Origin: Myxococcota bacterium
Lineage (GTDB): Bacteria; Myxococcota_A; SURF-8
DNA: 64,000 bases
Direction: 5' to 3'
Assembly (NCBI GenBank): GCA_965140415.1
Contig: OZ223209.1
Span: 5,280,001-5,344,000 of the forward strand
Below are positions 29,235 to 39,242 of this stretch, one piece after another. Position numbers and translations under genes: made by a program. The notes beneath the pieces are model-generated. The model made no database searches, was not told the origin of the DNA, and saw only the letters and a list, made by a program, of their open reading frames with translations. The first letter of the stretch is position 1, and each line of letters begins with the position of its first letter.

Positions 29235-29903
29235 TCAGTCGGAACCTTCGGGAATCAGATCTTCGATGGCTTTCAGATCCGCCGAATCAAGTTCTTCCAT
29301 CGGTTTTTCAAGCTCTTTTTTACGCTGAATGCTCTTTCCCGACTTACGCATTTCTCGGATGACGGGATTGTGTTTACTGGAACCGGCCTTGTTTCGAATC
29401 GACTTGGCTTTCTTCTTCAGGCTCTTTTGAAGATCGTCCGCACCGTCTTTCAAGCGATCTTCCAGATCCTCCGCACCATCCTTGACGTCGTCTATTGCAT
29501 CCTGGCCCGTGGACCAGATGCTTTTTCTGGCTTTCTTGAGCCATTTGATACTGGCTTTATGGCTGGGCTGGAACAAATCCGTTCCGATCAGACGATCCAG
29601 GTGCTCGAAAGTCGTGCGCCCTTCAATGTCCACCGATCCACAAAACAGAAAGAGAAGAATCGCCACCAGACTCCAGAACAAAATACGGCGAATTCGTCCT
29701 TTTTTGGGGGCGGCAGCACTGTTCTTCTGCTTGGATTTCGCCTTGGGTTCGCTTTTCTTTTTGGCTTTCGGCTTGCTTTTGCTTTTCGGCTTTTCAGCGG
29801 AAGCAGATGCTTTTCCGCCGGAATCGGATGGACCTTTTTTGGGCGTCGCTTTCTTTTTGGCGGGACTTGCCGCCGCTCCGTTTTTCTCTGACTTCTCACT
29901 CAT
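29235..29903 (-). CDS. Hypothetical single-TM protein with Lys-rich N-terminus
   Basis: Start 2 nt after upstream stop; one TM segment; helical C-terminus. Confidence 0.65.
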   Translation of the reverse strand: MSEKSEKNGAAASPAKKKATPKKGPSDSGGKASASAEKPKSKSKPKAKKKSEPKAKSKQKNSAAAPKKGRIRRILFWSLVAILLFLFCGSVDIEGRTTFEHLDRLIGTDLFQPSHKASIKWLKKARKSIWSTGQDAIDDVKDGAEDLEDRLKDGADDLQKSLKKKAKSIRNKAGSSKHNPVIREMRKSGKSIQRKKELEKPMEELDSADLKAIEDLIPEGSD

Positions 29904-29905
29904 GG

Positions 29906-31852
29906 TTACAGCTCGTAGCGCAGCATCAGATACGCCTGGTCGTTATTGGAATAGCGCCCGAATAAGGTATCTTTGCTGTCGTTGTTGGCGTTGTAGCGGT
30001 CAAAGCCCTGCGGCTCTTTCGACCAGCTTTCAAGAATCATCGAACCGAGGATGATACTCAGGTTCTGCACCGGTCGCACCGTAGCCCGGAAAACGAAAAC
30101 GGTGTCCTTTGTGTTGAAGTTGGTGGTGTTGACGAACTCGAATTCCAGGTCGTCATCCAAAAAACCAAAGCGGATCGTAGTGTTCAAACCGAGGTTGATA
30201 TCATTATTGAACATCAGGGGCTCGTCGTCCGGTACGCCGTAAAGCACGTTCTGGTAGAATTCCAGGTTGATGAACAGCGTGGAAAGCGGTCCCTGATCCG
30301 TCTTCATGTAATCGATGCCTAACGCACTGGCCTGCGTGTGATAGGTGCGTGGCAGCATGTTCTGGGTGTAATAGAGGGCGTCGAAAGTCGCTCCATGTTC
30401 GAGCTTGATTCCGAATTCCCACAACGACGCGCCGAACTCGAACGCAAGCGAATGCTTCCGCTTGTATTCGGACAGGATCAAGTCTTCCAGGCTTTCACCG
30501 TTATTCAAGCGTGCGATCAAATCCTGGGCGTACCCGTTGATCAGGCCAGTTTCGTTTCGGGCGATGGCCTCCGCAAAAGCGCGCACTTCCGGGTCGAAAG
30601 TCGCAGTAGGCAGCGCATCGTAACCGTACCAGTAAGACAGGCCGAAGTCGCAGCCGGATTTGCTGCCGCTGAAACGCGCTCCGATCTGGGAATTGACGGG
30701 ATTGGCGTCCACCGATTTGGTGGTGACGAATTCCGGGTTGTAGCCGCCGGTTTTGCTTTTATTGATGTAGCTGTTCAGATCGGGCAATGGATGAGTGGTC
30801 TGACCGTACATCGAGCCATAGCGGAAAAGGGAAAAATCGCCGCCGTACAAATCGACCGGCGGACTGACGAAGAAAGGAATCCAGACGATTTCGAAATTCA
30901 GGTCCGATACCGTCCCGATGGCGCGGATGGCCGGTTCGGGCATGCGGCTGCCGGAAATGTCCGACCAGTAATAGGCGCGAATATCACGCGGGTTGACGCG
31001 GTTGGAGGGACTCATGTTGGTCAGGGTTCCCCAGGAAACGATCTGATTTCCCACGCGCAACTGGATCGGGCCATTGAAATAGTCCAGGTACATTTCTCGC
31101 GGTTCGATAAAGAATTCGTGCCGGTAATTACGACCGTTGAAAATGATGGTGGGATAGTCTTCGTTGCGTTTACCCACGGTGAAATATTCCGCATACGCTT
31201 CCAGGTAGACCTGCACGTCTTCATGCAGTTTCAATCGCGTCCAGAATTCGAAACTGGAGCGGAAATCGATCACGTCTTCGGTGCCGACGGCTTCCGGTGT
31301 GGAGTTGGCGGTTTCACGGATTAGCGTATATTCGTTTCGCAGATCGAATCCCAACCGGGCGCGGAATTCGCCACCGTATTCCACCTCGGGACGCCAGCCT
31401 GCTTCCACCTGCGCGGCAGCAGGCAGATCGGCCACTTCCGCCGCAGGCGGCAGGGCGAATTCCGGATCGACAAAGACATCCGCCTGCTCGGTTTCAGCGG
31501 GTGCGCTTGGTTGCTCAACGGCAGGCGCAACCGGTTCCGGCGATGCTGCCGGTTGCTCAGCAGGTTTCGGTTCTACAGCGGGTGTTGGTTCCGCTTGCGG
31601 TTCAGCAGCAACGGGTTCGGCCACCGGCTCCGCTTCAGGCTCCTGCACCGGTTGTTCGACCACCGGAGTCGGCGCGGTCACTGGCGCCTGGCTTTCATCC
31701 ACAACCTGTTCGTCGGGCGTGATAAACGGGTCCACGATCAGCATGGGCGCGTCGTCCGTCTGCGCCTGCGCAGATGCAACCGATAGAGACAAGAACGACG
31801 AACCGACCAGCCAGGCCGCAACAACAATAAGCACCACGAAACTTCGAGTCAT
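29906..31852 (-). CDS. Outer-membrane beta-barrel (DUF1302-like) with Pro/Glu-rich N-terminal linker
   Basis: Signal peptide; REMYLD..LRVGNQIVSWG..NRVNPRD; C-terminal YLMLRYEL. Confidence 0.7.
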   Translation of the reverse strand: MTRSFVVLIVVAAWLVGSSFLSLSVASAQAQTDDAPMLIVDPFITPDEQVVDESQAPVTAPTPVVEQPVQEPEAEPVAEPVAAEPQAEPTPAVEPKPAEQPAASPEPVAPAVEQPSAPAETEQADVFVDPEFALPPAAEVADLPAAAQVEAGWRPEVEYGGEFRARLGFDLRNEYTLIRETANSTPEAVGTEDVIDFRSSFEFWTRLKLHEDVQVYLEAYAEYFTVGKRNEDYPTIIFNGRNYRHEFFIEPREMYLDYFNGPIQLRVGNQIVSWGTLTNMSPSNRVNPRDIRAYYWSDISGSRMPEPAIRAIGTVSDLNFEIVWIPFFVSPPVDLYGGDFSLFRYGSMYGQTTHPLPDLNSYINKSKTGGYNPEFVTTKSVDANPVNSQIGARFSGSKSGCDFGLSYWYGYDALPTATFDPEVRAFAEAIARNETGLINGYAQDLIARLNNGESLEDLILSEYKRKHSLAFEFGASLWEFGIKLEHGATFDALYYTQNMLPRTYHTQASALGIDYMKTDQGPLSTLFINLEFYQNVLYGVPDDEPLMFNNDINLGLNTTIRFGFLDDDLEFEFVNTTNFNTKDTVFVFRATVRPVQNLSIILGSMILESWSKEPQGFDRYNANNDSKDTLFGRYSNNDQAYLMLRYEL

Positions 31853-31887
31853 AAGGATACTCCCACCGGGTTAGGCGTCGAGCAGGA

Positions 31888-32697
31888 TTAGAGTTTGGTC
31901 ATGCGCTCTTTGGTGAAATCCGCCGCGTCGAGCTTCGATTTCGTATTGATGTTGGTCAAGTACAGGCGCGTGGCTTTCTTGTTCTGAACGTTGAGCATGG
32001 TCATCTGGGTGATGGCGTTTTTGCCGTCGATCAGTTCCACTTTCTCGGTCATCATCACTTTCTGGAACTTGTCTTTCAGATCGAACAGTTTGATACGCAT
32101 GGAAACGAAGGTCGTTTTGTTCACCCAGGTAATGTACTTGCTGTAATTGTTGTCTTTGGGATTGGTCGGAATCGACTCGATCACGTAACAATCGACTTGG
32201 CCCAGTTTTTCATCGGGCAACCTTTTGTGAGTAGCCTTGTTAACGTCCTTGCTTTCCATATCACCGTAGGTGAACTGCGTACCCATGAACGCTTCGCCCT
32301 TGCCGGTCTTACCGCCTTTACGCAACACTTTTTTCAAGGCCGGTAGATACAGGAACTGGTCGTCGTCCTGTTCGCCGGGCAGTTCGATATTCAAAAAGGC
32401 GGTACCGGAAATGTCGGCGGGTTCGGTAAAGGTCATTAAAATGCGATTGAGCGTTTCCTTTGATTCCTTGGTTTTTTCTTTCAGGGCCTTTACGCGCACT
32501 TTGCGAACTTCCACCACTTCCTGGCCTTCGATCATATCCATGCGCATATCCGCCGTAGCGGCATCGAAATCCATCACGTTGTGCTGATAGGACTTGTCGA
32601 TAATCTGATTGGCCGTCAATTCCGCCGCCTGCGCCTGCGCGCAAAACAACAAGCCCGTAACCAGGGCTAAAGCCAGGTACATTCCTAAGGATTTCAT
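31888..32697 (-). CDS. Outer-membrane lipoprotein-sorting (LolA-like) protein
   Basis: FTEPADISGTAFL, DDQFLYLPALKK, FMGTQFTYGD, CYVIESIP. Confidence 0.85.
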   Translation of the reverse strand: MKSLGMYLALALVTGLLFCAQAQAAELTANQIIDKSYQHNVMDFDAATADMRMDMIEGQEVVEVRKVRVKALKEKTKESKETLNRILMTFTEPADISGTAFLNIELPGEQDDDQFLYLPALKKVLRKGGKTGKGEAFMGTQFTYGDMESKDVNKATHKRLPDEKLGQVDCYVIESIPTNPKDNNYSKYITWVNKTTFVSMRIKLFDLKDKFQKVMMTEKVELIDGKNAITQMTMLNVQNKKATRLYLTNINTKSKLDAADFTKERMTKL

Positions 32698-32923
32698 AAA
32701 AAACCTCCTCGTTCGGATATGGGGCGTTCATCGCTTTTCGATGATGTGCAGTGACCTCGTTCGCTTCATAACACAAAGCCGTGGGTTTGTAAACGAGCGA
32801 GGTAAACTAGCAATAAACTTCTTGCTCCATTTCTCTTGCCATCCTTGACTTTGCTGGCTATCCTACGCCCGACGATTGTACCGGGTCCGACAATCGGCCC
32901 GCTGGAAATGGAGGAGGTAACCG

Positions 32924-34159
32924 ATGGCAATCATCAAGGCTTTCAAGGGATTTCGTCCACCGCAAACCATAGTAGCTCAGGTCGCCGCGCCCCCCTACGA
33001 CGTGCTCAATTCCGCCGAGGCGCGCGTGATGGCCGAAGGAAATCCCAACAGTTTCCTGCATGTCAACAAACCCGAAATCGATCTGGACCCCTCGGTGAAT
33101 CTGTACGCCGATGAAGTCTATGCCAAAGCGGCTGAAAATCTTAAGGATTTCATCGCCCGCGGCGTGCTGGTCGAAGACAAGGCGGATTGCCTGTACGCCT
33201 ATCGCCAGGAAATGGGACCGCACAGCCAACTGGGCTTGATGGCGGCGGCGGCGGTAGATGATTACGACAACGACAACATCAAAAAACACGAAAAGACGCG
33301 CAAAGATAAAGAAGACGACCGCGCCCGGCACGTGGATGAAACCAACTGCAACGCCGGTCCCGTATTTTTGACTTATCGTCAGGATGATTCCGTGGATGCG
33401 TTGATGGCGCAGGCAAGCGCCGGAGAACCCACCTACGATTTCACCGCCACAGACGGCATCCGGCACACCCTGTGGGTTATCGACGATGCCGAGCTGATCG
33501 AAAAGCTGACGGCGTCTTTCTCCGACATTCCGCGCACCTACGTTGCCGACGGACACCATCGTGCCAAATGCGGCAGCCGGGTTCGAGAACTCAGGAAGCA
33601 AAACAACCCGAATCACACCGGGCAGGAAGAATACAACTTTTTCCTGGCGGTCTTTTTCCCGCACGATCAGTTGAAGATTCTGGACTACAACCGCGTGGTG
33701 ATGGATCTGAACGGTTTGAGCAACGAGGAATTCCTCGGTAAAGTAAAAGAAGCCTTCGAATTGTCCGAAAGCAGTTTGCCATACCCGGAAAAAGTTCATG
33801 ATTTCGGTATGTACCTGGATGGTCGCTGGTATCGCCTGACAGCCAAAGAAGGCAGCTTCGATCCCAACGATCCGGTCGGCTGCCTGGACGTGTCGATTCT
33901 GCAAGAGAACCTGCTCTCCCCGATGCTGGGGATCGGCGATCCGCGCACGGACAAGCGCATCGATTTCGTCGGCGGCATTCGCGGCACGATGGAACTGGAA
34001 AAGCGCGTTAAAGAAGGTTGCGCGGTGGCGTTTTCCATGTATGCCACGACGATGGAGCAACTGATGGACATCGCCGACGCCGGGGCGATCATGCCACCTA
34101 AATCCACCTGGTTCGAGCCGAAACTGCGCTCCGGGCTGGTGGTGCACCTGCTAAGCTAA
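32924..34159 (+). CDS. DUF1015 family protein
   Basis: APPYDV, IKKHEKT, YVADGHHR, MPPKSTWFEPKLRSGL. Confidence 0.92.
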   Translation: MAIIKAFKGFRPPQTIVAQVAAPPYDVLNSAEARVMAEGNPNSFLHVNKPEIDLDPSVNLYADEVYAKAAENLKDFIARGVLVEDKADCLYAYRQEMGPHSQLGLMAAAAVDDYDNDNIKKHEKTRKDKEDDRARHVDETNCNAGPVFLTYRQDDSVDALMAQASAGEPTYDFTATDGIRHTLWVIDDAELIEKLTASFSDIPRTYVADGHHRAKCGSRVRELRKQNNPNHTGQEEYNFFLAVFFPHDQLKILDYNRVVMDLNGLSNEEFLGKVKEAFELSESSLPYPEKVHDFGMYLDGRWYRLTAKEGSFDPNDPVGCLDVSILQENLLSPMLGIGDPRTDKRIDFVGGIRGTMELEKRVKEGCAVAFSMYATTMEQLMDIADAGAIMPPKSTWFEPKLRSGLVVHLLS

Positions 34160-34181
34160 TTGATTACGCTAGTCGATTCGG

Positions 34182-34254
34182 AGCCGGGTGAGCAATCACC
34201 CGGTTTCAGACTGCCGATAAAGTCCTCGCCGAAAGGCGGGGAATTTTTGTTTTA
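34182..34254 (+). terminator. Two tandem hairpins; the second is terminator-like
   Basis: ccgggtga-gcaa-tcacccgg; cctcgcc-gaaa-ggcgggg followed by T-rich tail. Confidence 0.65.
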
Positions 34255-34430
34255 TGTCCGATTTCAACGCTTTTAATCTATTTACTTCTTCCGGGCCAAC
34301 TCCACCTAAATGATTAATGCAACTTCATGATGTACATTTCTACCAATTGAATCAGGTGCATTTCCAGGTTGACAATTGTATTCGGGTATCGCTATTGTAT
34401 TCATGCTGATATATCATTGATACAATCAAA

Positions 34431-37400
34431 ATGGAGATCACAATGATTCGTATGGGTTGTCTACTGGCGTTCTTGCTTTGTTCCATCTATTTAATAGGTT
34501 GCGGTTCGGACAACTGCGAGGATTGTTTGGACGGAGATGCTGAATCCAATGCGGATTTAGATCTGATCGCAGATGGCGACCCGGAAGGGGAAATCGATCG
34601 GGATCGGAATATCGACGGCGACACGGACGGCGACACGGATGGTGATTTCGATAAAGACTCTGATTTCGTCGAACAAGCGGATTCCGACTTCATGGGGGAT
34701 GGCGATCCCATGGAAGACGGTGATGGGTTCATCGATGGCGACAACGACCTCGCTGAGGATGTCGAGTCGGATTCCGATTTCATTGAAGCGGATGCGGCGG
34801 AATTCGACGAAGGCGGCGAAGTGTTTCTGCCTGATCCAAGTCAGTGCGTTTCATACGGAGACAAGGAAGTCTGCACTTACCGTGTTACGGATATCAATAC
34901 ACAGCGTATCACTTCCCACTCTACTCCCGAAAACTACACGCAGGTCGGGGACATGATTTTCTTCACCGCCTTCGATCCTCAATTAGGAGTAGAATTGTGG
35001 CGCTTCGATCCTGTCTCGAAATCCGCATGGATCGTCAAAGACATCAACCCCGGCTCTTTCGGCTCGTTTCCACGGGATCTGATTGCATTCGACGGCAAGC
35101 TGTTCTTCATCGCCCAAAACAGCGAATATGGACGCGAGATCTGGCGTTCGGATGGCAGTGAAGAGGGAACGGAACTGTTTGCGGATCTCTATCCTGGCAT
35201 GGGATCGTCCTGTTTCTATGAATCCGGCAGCGGTGGAGGCCAGTTCGTCGAATTCAAGCAGCGCCTGTATATCGCGTTACGCACCGAGGAATACGGCTCG
35301 GAAATCTGGAGCACTTCGGGAGATGCCAACGATATCACCCTGTTGAAAGACATCCGGGACATCGACTGTCCGAATGCTTCTCACAATGAATCCTACGGTC
35401 CCTTCGATCTTGCCGCCACTTCCGAGCATCTCTTTTTCTGGGAATACGAAAACCTGGTTTCCAGCTTATGGGTTACGGACGGAACGGAAGCGGGAACGGA
35501 GCAGATTGTAACCGGCGGTCGCTGCTGGTCCGGTGAATGCGCGTTGACTCCCTTAGGCGATTCGGTTTTCTTCGAGTACGGCGATGCCACGAATGGATTT
35601 GAATTATGGACCAGCGACGGCAGCGCCGCAGGCACGCATCTGGTTTCCGATATCAATGAAGGACCGGAATCTTCCGACGCTGGAACGATGATCGTTTTTC
35701 AGGGAAAGTTGTATTTCAGTGCAACAAATGGCGCCACTTCCAATTACTACAGGGATTGCGATTGGGACTATGACCAATTCAGTCTGTATCGAACCGACGG
35801 AACGGAGCAGGGAACGGAACGCATATCCAATATAGTCCATCCCTATACGTTTTCATGGAGAGAAGGAAAGAGCATCCTGTCCCACAACGGCTCGCTGTAT
35901 TTCGTTCATGGAAACTACATGCAAACACGATTTGAGTTATGGAGATTAGATGGCCAGGACGACAGCTTAATACAACTTGCCAGTTTTGAACCGCGATATG
36001 TACCGGAACGAAGTAGCAGTCGTAATTTGGAAACACGACGGGAAGAATTTGACGGCAGAGGCAAACCAACCTGTTTGCATGTGGTAAACGACACAGTCAT
36101 CTTCACTGTTACGGAAACGGGTATGATCCCGGAACTGTGGCGCACTGACGGCACAGCGGCGGGAACGCAGTTCGTCACGTATCTTGGAGAACGAGACTAC
36201 TGGGATGACGACGTTCCGCAACAGCTGGGAGCCTTTAGCGGCTTCGCCTTGTTCAATGCCAACGACGGCATGAATGGCCAGGAACTATGGATCACGGATC
36301 TGACCGACACCGGCACCTACATGCTCAAAGACATCAATCCTATTACGGGCGATTCCAAAATCAATGACATGGCGATCATGGGCGGAAATGCCTACTTCTC
36401 CGCCTTCACCGGTTCGGGCCGATCGGAGTTATGGAGAAGCGATGGTACCGAGCAGGGAACCTATATGATTAAAAACCCTCCGAGTGATGAAATCTTCTGG
36501 GATTCGCCTTCTAATTTCGCGGCACTGCAAAACAAGGTCTTTTTCCAGGCGCGTTGCAAACTGGGTTCGAGTTATCTTCACGTTTCCGATGGCACGGTAG
36601 AAGGAACCAAGCAGTTGCACAACGCAGCATCCGAGCATAATCCCCGTCTTTTTGAAGAAGGAATCGAGTACGATGGAAAGATGTATTTCATTGCTTCTCA
36701 TTTCTTGAAAGGGAAACGGATTTTTAAAAGCGATGGAACTCCCGCTGGCACCCAGTTGGCGGCAGTGGAGAACACCTATCAACAGCCGGAAAAGCTGACA
36801 CTTGCCGACGGTGCGTTTTATTTTCAGTCGAGATTTTCTTCCAATACTGGTGCTGAACTCTGTTTTCTCGATCTTGAAACCCGGCAGGTTCGCATGGCCA
36901 AGGACATCAATACAGGATCGGCCTCTTCGTATCTTCAAGATATGACCGCTCTGGATCATCGCATCCTGTTCTCTGTAGACGACGGCGAGCACGGACAAGA
37001 ATTATGGGTGAGCGACGGCACGGAAAACGGCACGAAGATGGTCAAGGATATCCTGGAAGGCGAGGAATCCGGTTACCCGCACAATCTGGCAAAATGGCAT
37101 GACAGAATCGTCTTTGCCGCTAACGTACAACCCGGAACTCTGGGACTGTGGACCTCGGACGGCAGCGCAGCGGGCACCTCGTTACTTCTGGATTTCAGCC
37201 AGTCAACGGAGCGAAGCTTCAGAGGAAGTCTACAGGTTGCAGGCGATCGTCTTTACTACATCACCTACCAAAGCGATGGAGATATGGAACTATGGGTATT
37301 GAACCAGCCGGGCGACGACCCCGTGCTGCTCAAGGAATCCGACTCACTACAGGGTTGCTCTGACATTTCCGAGATCAAGGATTTCGGCGGTCATGCCCTG

Positions 37401-37655
37401 ATCATGGCATATGGCTCCGATAACAATATAAATTTCAGCTATATTCTCGAATCTCAGAAAGGTTGCTTGTGGTTGACGGACGGCAGCCCGGAAGGCACAC
37501 AGGAACTCAATGCCGGTTCCGGCGAGCGACTCGAACGTTTTAGCATGAATCGTCACTTTTACATCAATGGCAACAAGGCGTTTTTCGTAGCCTGGGACGC
37601 CGCTCACGGCTATGAACTATGGAGCACCCGGATACTGAATGCTCGGCAAGAGTGA
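34431..37655 (+). CDS. ELWxxDGT-repeat beta-propeller lipoprotein
   Basis: LIGC lipobox, DGD linker, many ELW(R/T/V)(S/T)DG(T/S) repeats. Confidence 0.9.
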   Translation: MEITMIRMGCLLAFLLCSIYLIGCGSDNCEDCLDGDAESNADLDLIADGDPEGEIDRDRNIDGDTDGDTDGDFDKDSDFVEQADSDFMGDGDPMEDGDGFIDGDNDLAEDVESDSDFIEADAAEFDEGGEVFLPDPSQCVSYGDKEVCTYRVTDINTQRITSHSTPENYTQVGDMIFFTAFDPQLGVELWRFDPVSKSAWIVKDINPGSFGSFPRDLIAFDGKLFFIAQNSEYGREIWRSDGSEEGTELFADLYPGMGSSCFYESGSGGGQFVEFKQRLYIALRTEEYGSEIWSTSGDANDITLLKDIRDIDCPNASHNESYGPFDLAATSEHLFFWEYENLVSSLWVTDGTEAGTEQIVTGGRCWSGECALTPLGDSVFFEYGDATNGFELWTSDGSAAGTHLVSDINEGPESSDAGTMIVFQGKLYFSATNGATSNYYRDCDWDYDQFSLYRTDGTEQGTERISNIVHPYTFSWREGKSILSHNGSLYFVHGNYMQTRFELWRLDGQDDSLIQLASFEPRYVPERSSSRNLETRREEFDGRGKPTCLHVVNDTVIFTVTETGMIPELWRTDGTAAGTQFVTYLGERDYWDDDVPQQLGAFSGFALFNANDGMNGQELWITDLTDTGTYMLKDINPITGDSKINDMAIMGGNAYFSAFTGSGRSELWRSDGTEQGTYMIKNPPSDEIFWDSPSNFAALQNKVFFQARCKLGSSYLHVSDGTVEGTKQLHNAASEHNPRLFEEGIEYDGKMYFIASHFLKGKRIFKSDGTPAGTQLAAVENTYQQPEKLTLADGAFYFQSRFSSNTGAELCFLDLETRQVRMAKDINTGSASSYLQDMTALDHRILFSVDDGEHGQELWVSDGTENGTKMVKDILEGEESGYPHNLAKWHDRIVFAANVQPGTLGLWTSDGSAAGTSLLLDFSQSTERSFRGSLQVAGDRLYYITYQSDGDMELWVLNQPGDDPVLLKESDSLQGCSDISEIKDFGGHALIMAYGSDNNINFSYILESQKGCLWLTDGSPEGTQELNAGSGERLERFSMNRHFYINGNKAFFVAWDAAHGYELWSTRILNARQE

Positions 37656-37682
37656 AGCAGGCGAAGGACGTCGGTCGAACCT

Positions 37683-39242
37683 TCACCCGGCTTGGGTTGA
37701 TTGCATGCTTTCCCATGCGCCACGGTCGTTGGCCTGCACCTGCTTGCGCACTTCCGGCAGGAAATGATCGGCGCGGGTCAGATAGTCGTGAAAAGCCTGC
37801 ATCGAAAGCAGAAATACCACAACCTGATCCATCGAGGTGATGCCCTCCCGTCCCATTTGAATGGCGCGTTGGAACAACTCCCGCTTGTGGCGGTTGCGGC
37901 TGAATGCATAGCGGCGCGTCAAGGTCGCCATCACGCGCAATTTCTCTCTTGCGGAAACGGGCTGTTTGCCGGAATGCGTGAATGCGCCGTTTTGTAACAG
38001 CGCCAGTCCGCGCCTTTTCACGCCTTCCCAGTCGAACAAGCGCCGCAAAGCATCGAAGTAGCCGTCCAGCAATTCGGTTTGAGACATTTTCATGTAATGA
38101 ATGCAGGGGAATGCCCCGTTGATGAAGCGCCGGTCCACATCGAACAGGCGGCCTTCTTTTTCCATGCGCTCATGCAGATCCGTGCCGGGAGCCACAGCCA
38201 TGACGGAAAGCATGGTGTAGATCAGGTTGTTACGCTCCACGAATTCCAGGATACGGTCGAAGGCGCATAACTCGTCGGCATCGAAACCAACGATAAACGA
38301 CGCCAGCACGTTGACGCCTGCGCCGTGAATGGCGGCGATGGCCTCTTCGTAGTCTGCGCGCAGGTTATGGCGCTTACCGGTTTCCTTCAAACTGTCCGGG
38401 TTGATCGACTCGAAACCGATCAGCACGCTTAAACAGCCGCTCTCCTTCATCAACTGCAACAATTCCGCATCCTGCGCGATTTCGATACTCGACTGGCAGA
38501 CCCAGGAGCAGTCCAGAGGTTTCATTTGCCGGCACAACTCTTTGGCGTATTCCTTGTTTTTGGCGAAGTTGTCCGCCACGAAAAAGAGCCTGCGAATGGG
38601 TAGAGCTTCGATTTCGGCGATGACATCGGAAATTTCGCGGTAGCGCATTTTGCGCCCGAACAGCTTGTTGACCAAACAGAATTCGCAGGAAAAAGGACAG
38701 CCTCGCGAGGTTTCCAGCGGCAGGCTGTTGATTTGCGAAGTGTTCACCAGATCCCAGCGCGGCAGCGCACTCTGCTTGAATTCGCAGATTCCTTCCGCCT
38801 GATAACGTGCTTTCAACGCTCCCCGTTCGAAATCCTCCAATAACGAGGCCCACACGTTTTCCGCCTCACCCAGCACCACCGCATCGGCATGTTGCAGGGC
38901 TTCGTCTGCACATACGGTCGCATACGAACCGCCCATGACGACGGGCACACCGCGCCGCCGGAAGTCATCTGCAATTTTGTAAGCCCGGTCTATCGTAGAA
39001 ACCAAGGTGGTGATCCCGACCAGATCCGGTAAGTTACCGGTCGGGATGCGGTCGGTTTCGTCGTCGATCAAGCGGATGTCGTAATGATCGGGAGTCAATG
39101 CGGCGATCAAAGGCAGCGCCAGCGGCATGGTCATCTTCCGCTTGCCGAGTAAAAGCGACAATTCTTCCTGCGCGCCATAGTGCTTGTAATCCAAGCGCGG
39201 ATTGATCAGCCACAATCGTTTTTTCTTGTTGGATCGATTCAC
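37683..39242 (-). CDS. B12-binding radical SAM protein
   Basis: PLALPLIAALTP, SRGCPFSCEFC; GTG start overlaps upstream stop (GTGA). Confidence 0.88.
   Translation of the reverse strand: MNRSNKKKRLWLINPRLDYKHYGAQEELSLLLGKRKMTMPLALPLIAALTPDHYDIRLIDDETDRIPTGNLPDLVGITTLVSTIDRAYKIADDFRRRGVPVVMGGSYATVCADEALQHADAVVLGEAENVWASLLEDFERGALKARYQAEGICEFKQSALPRWDLVNTSQINSLPLETSRGCPFSCEFCLVNKLFGRKMRYREISDVIAEIEALPIRRLFFVADNFAKNKEYAKELCRQMKPLDCSWVCQSSIEIAQDAELLQLMKESGCLSVLIGFESINPDSLKETGKRHNLRADYEEAIAAIHGAGVNVLASFIVGFDADELCAFDRILEFVERNNLIYTMLSVMAVAPGTDLHERMEKEGRLFDVDRRFINGAFPCIHYMKMSQTELLDGYFDALRRLFDWEGVKRRGLALLQNGAFTHSGKQPVSAREKLRVMATLTRRYAFSRNRHKRELFQRAIQMGREGITSMDQVVVFLLSMQAFHDYLTRADHFLPEVRKQVQANDRGAWESMQSTQAG

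Noticed and set aside
32858-34147. 429-aa minus-strand ORF and similar long shadow ORFs (e.g. 9710-10759, 30338-31324)
   Set aside because: Antisense to well-supported genes; expected from GC-rich codon bias; no motifs.
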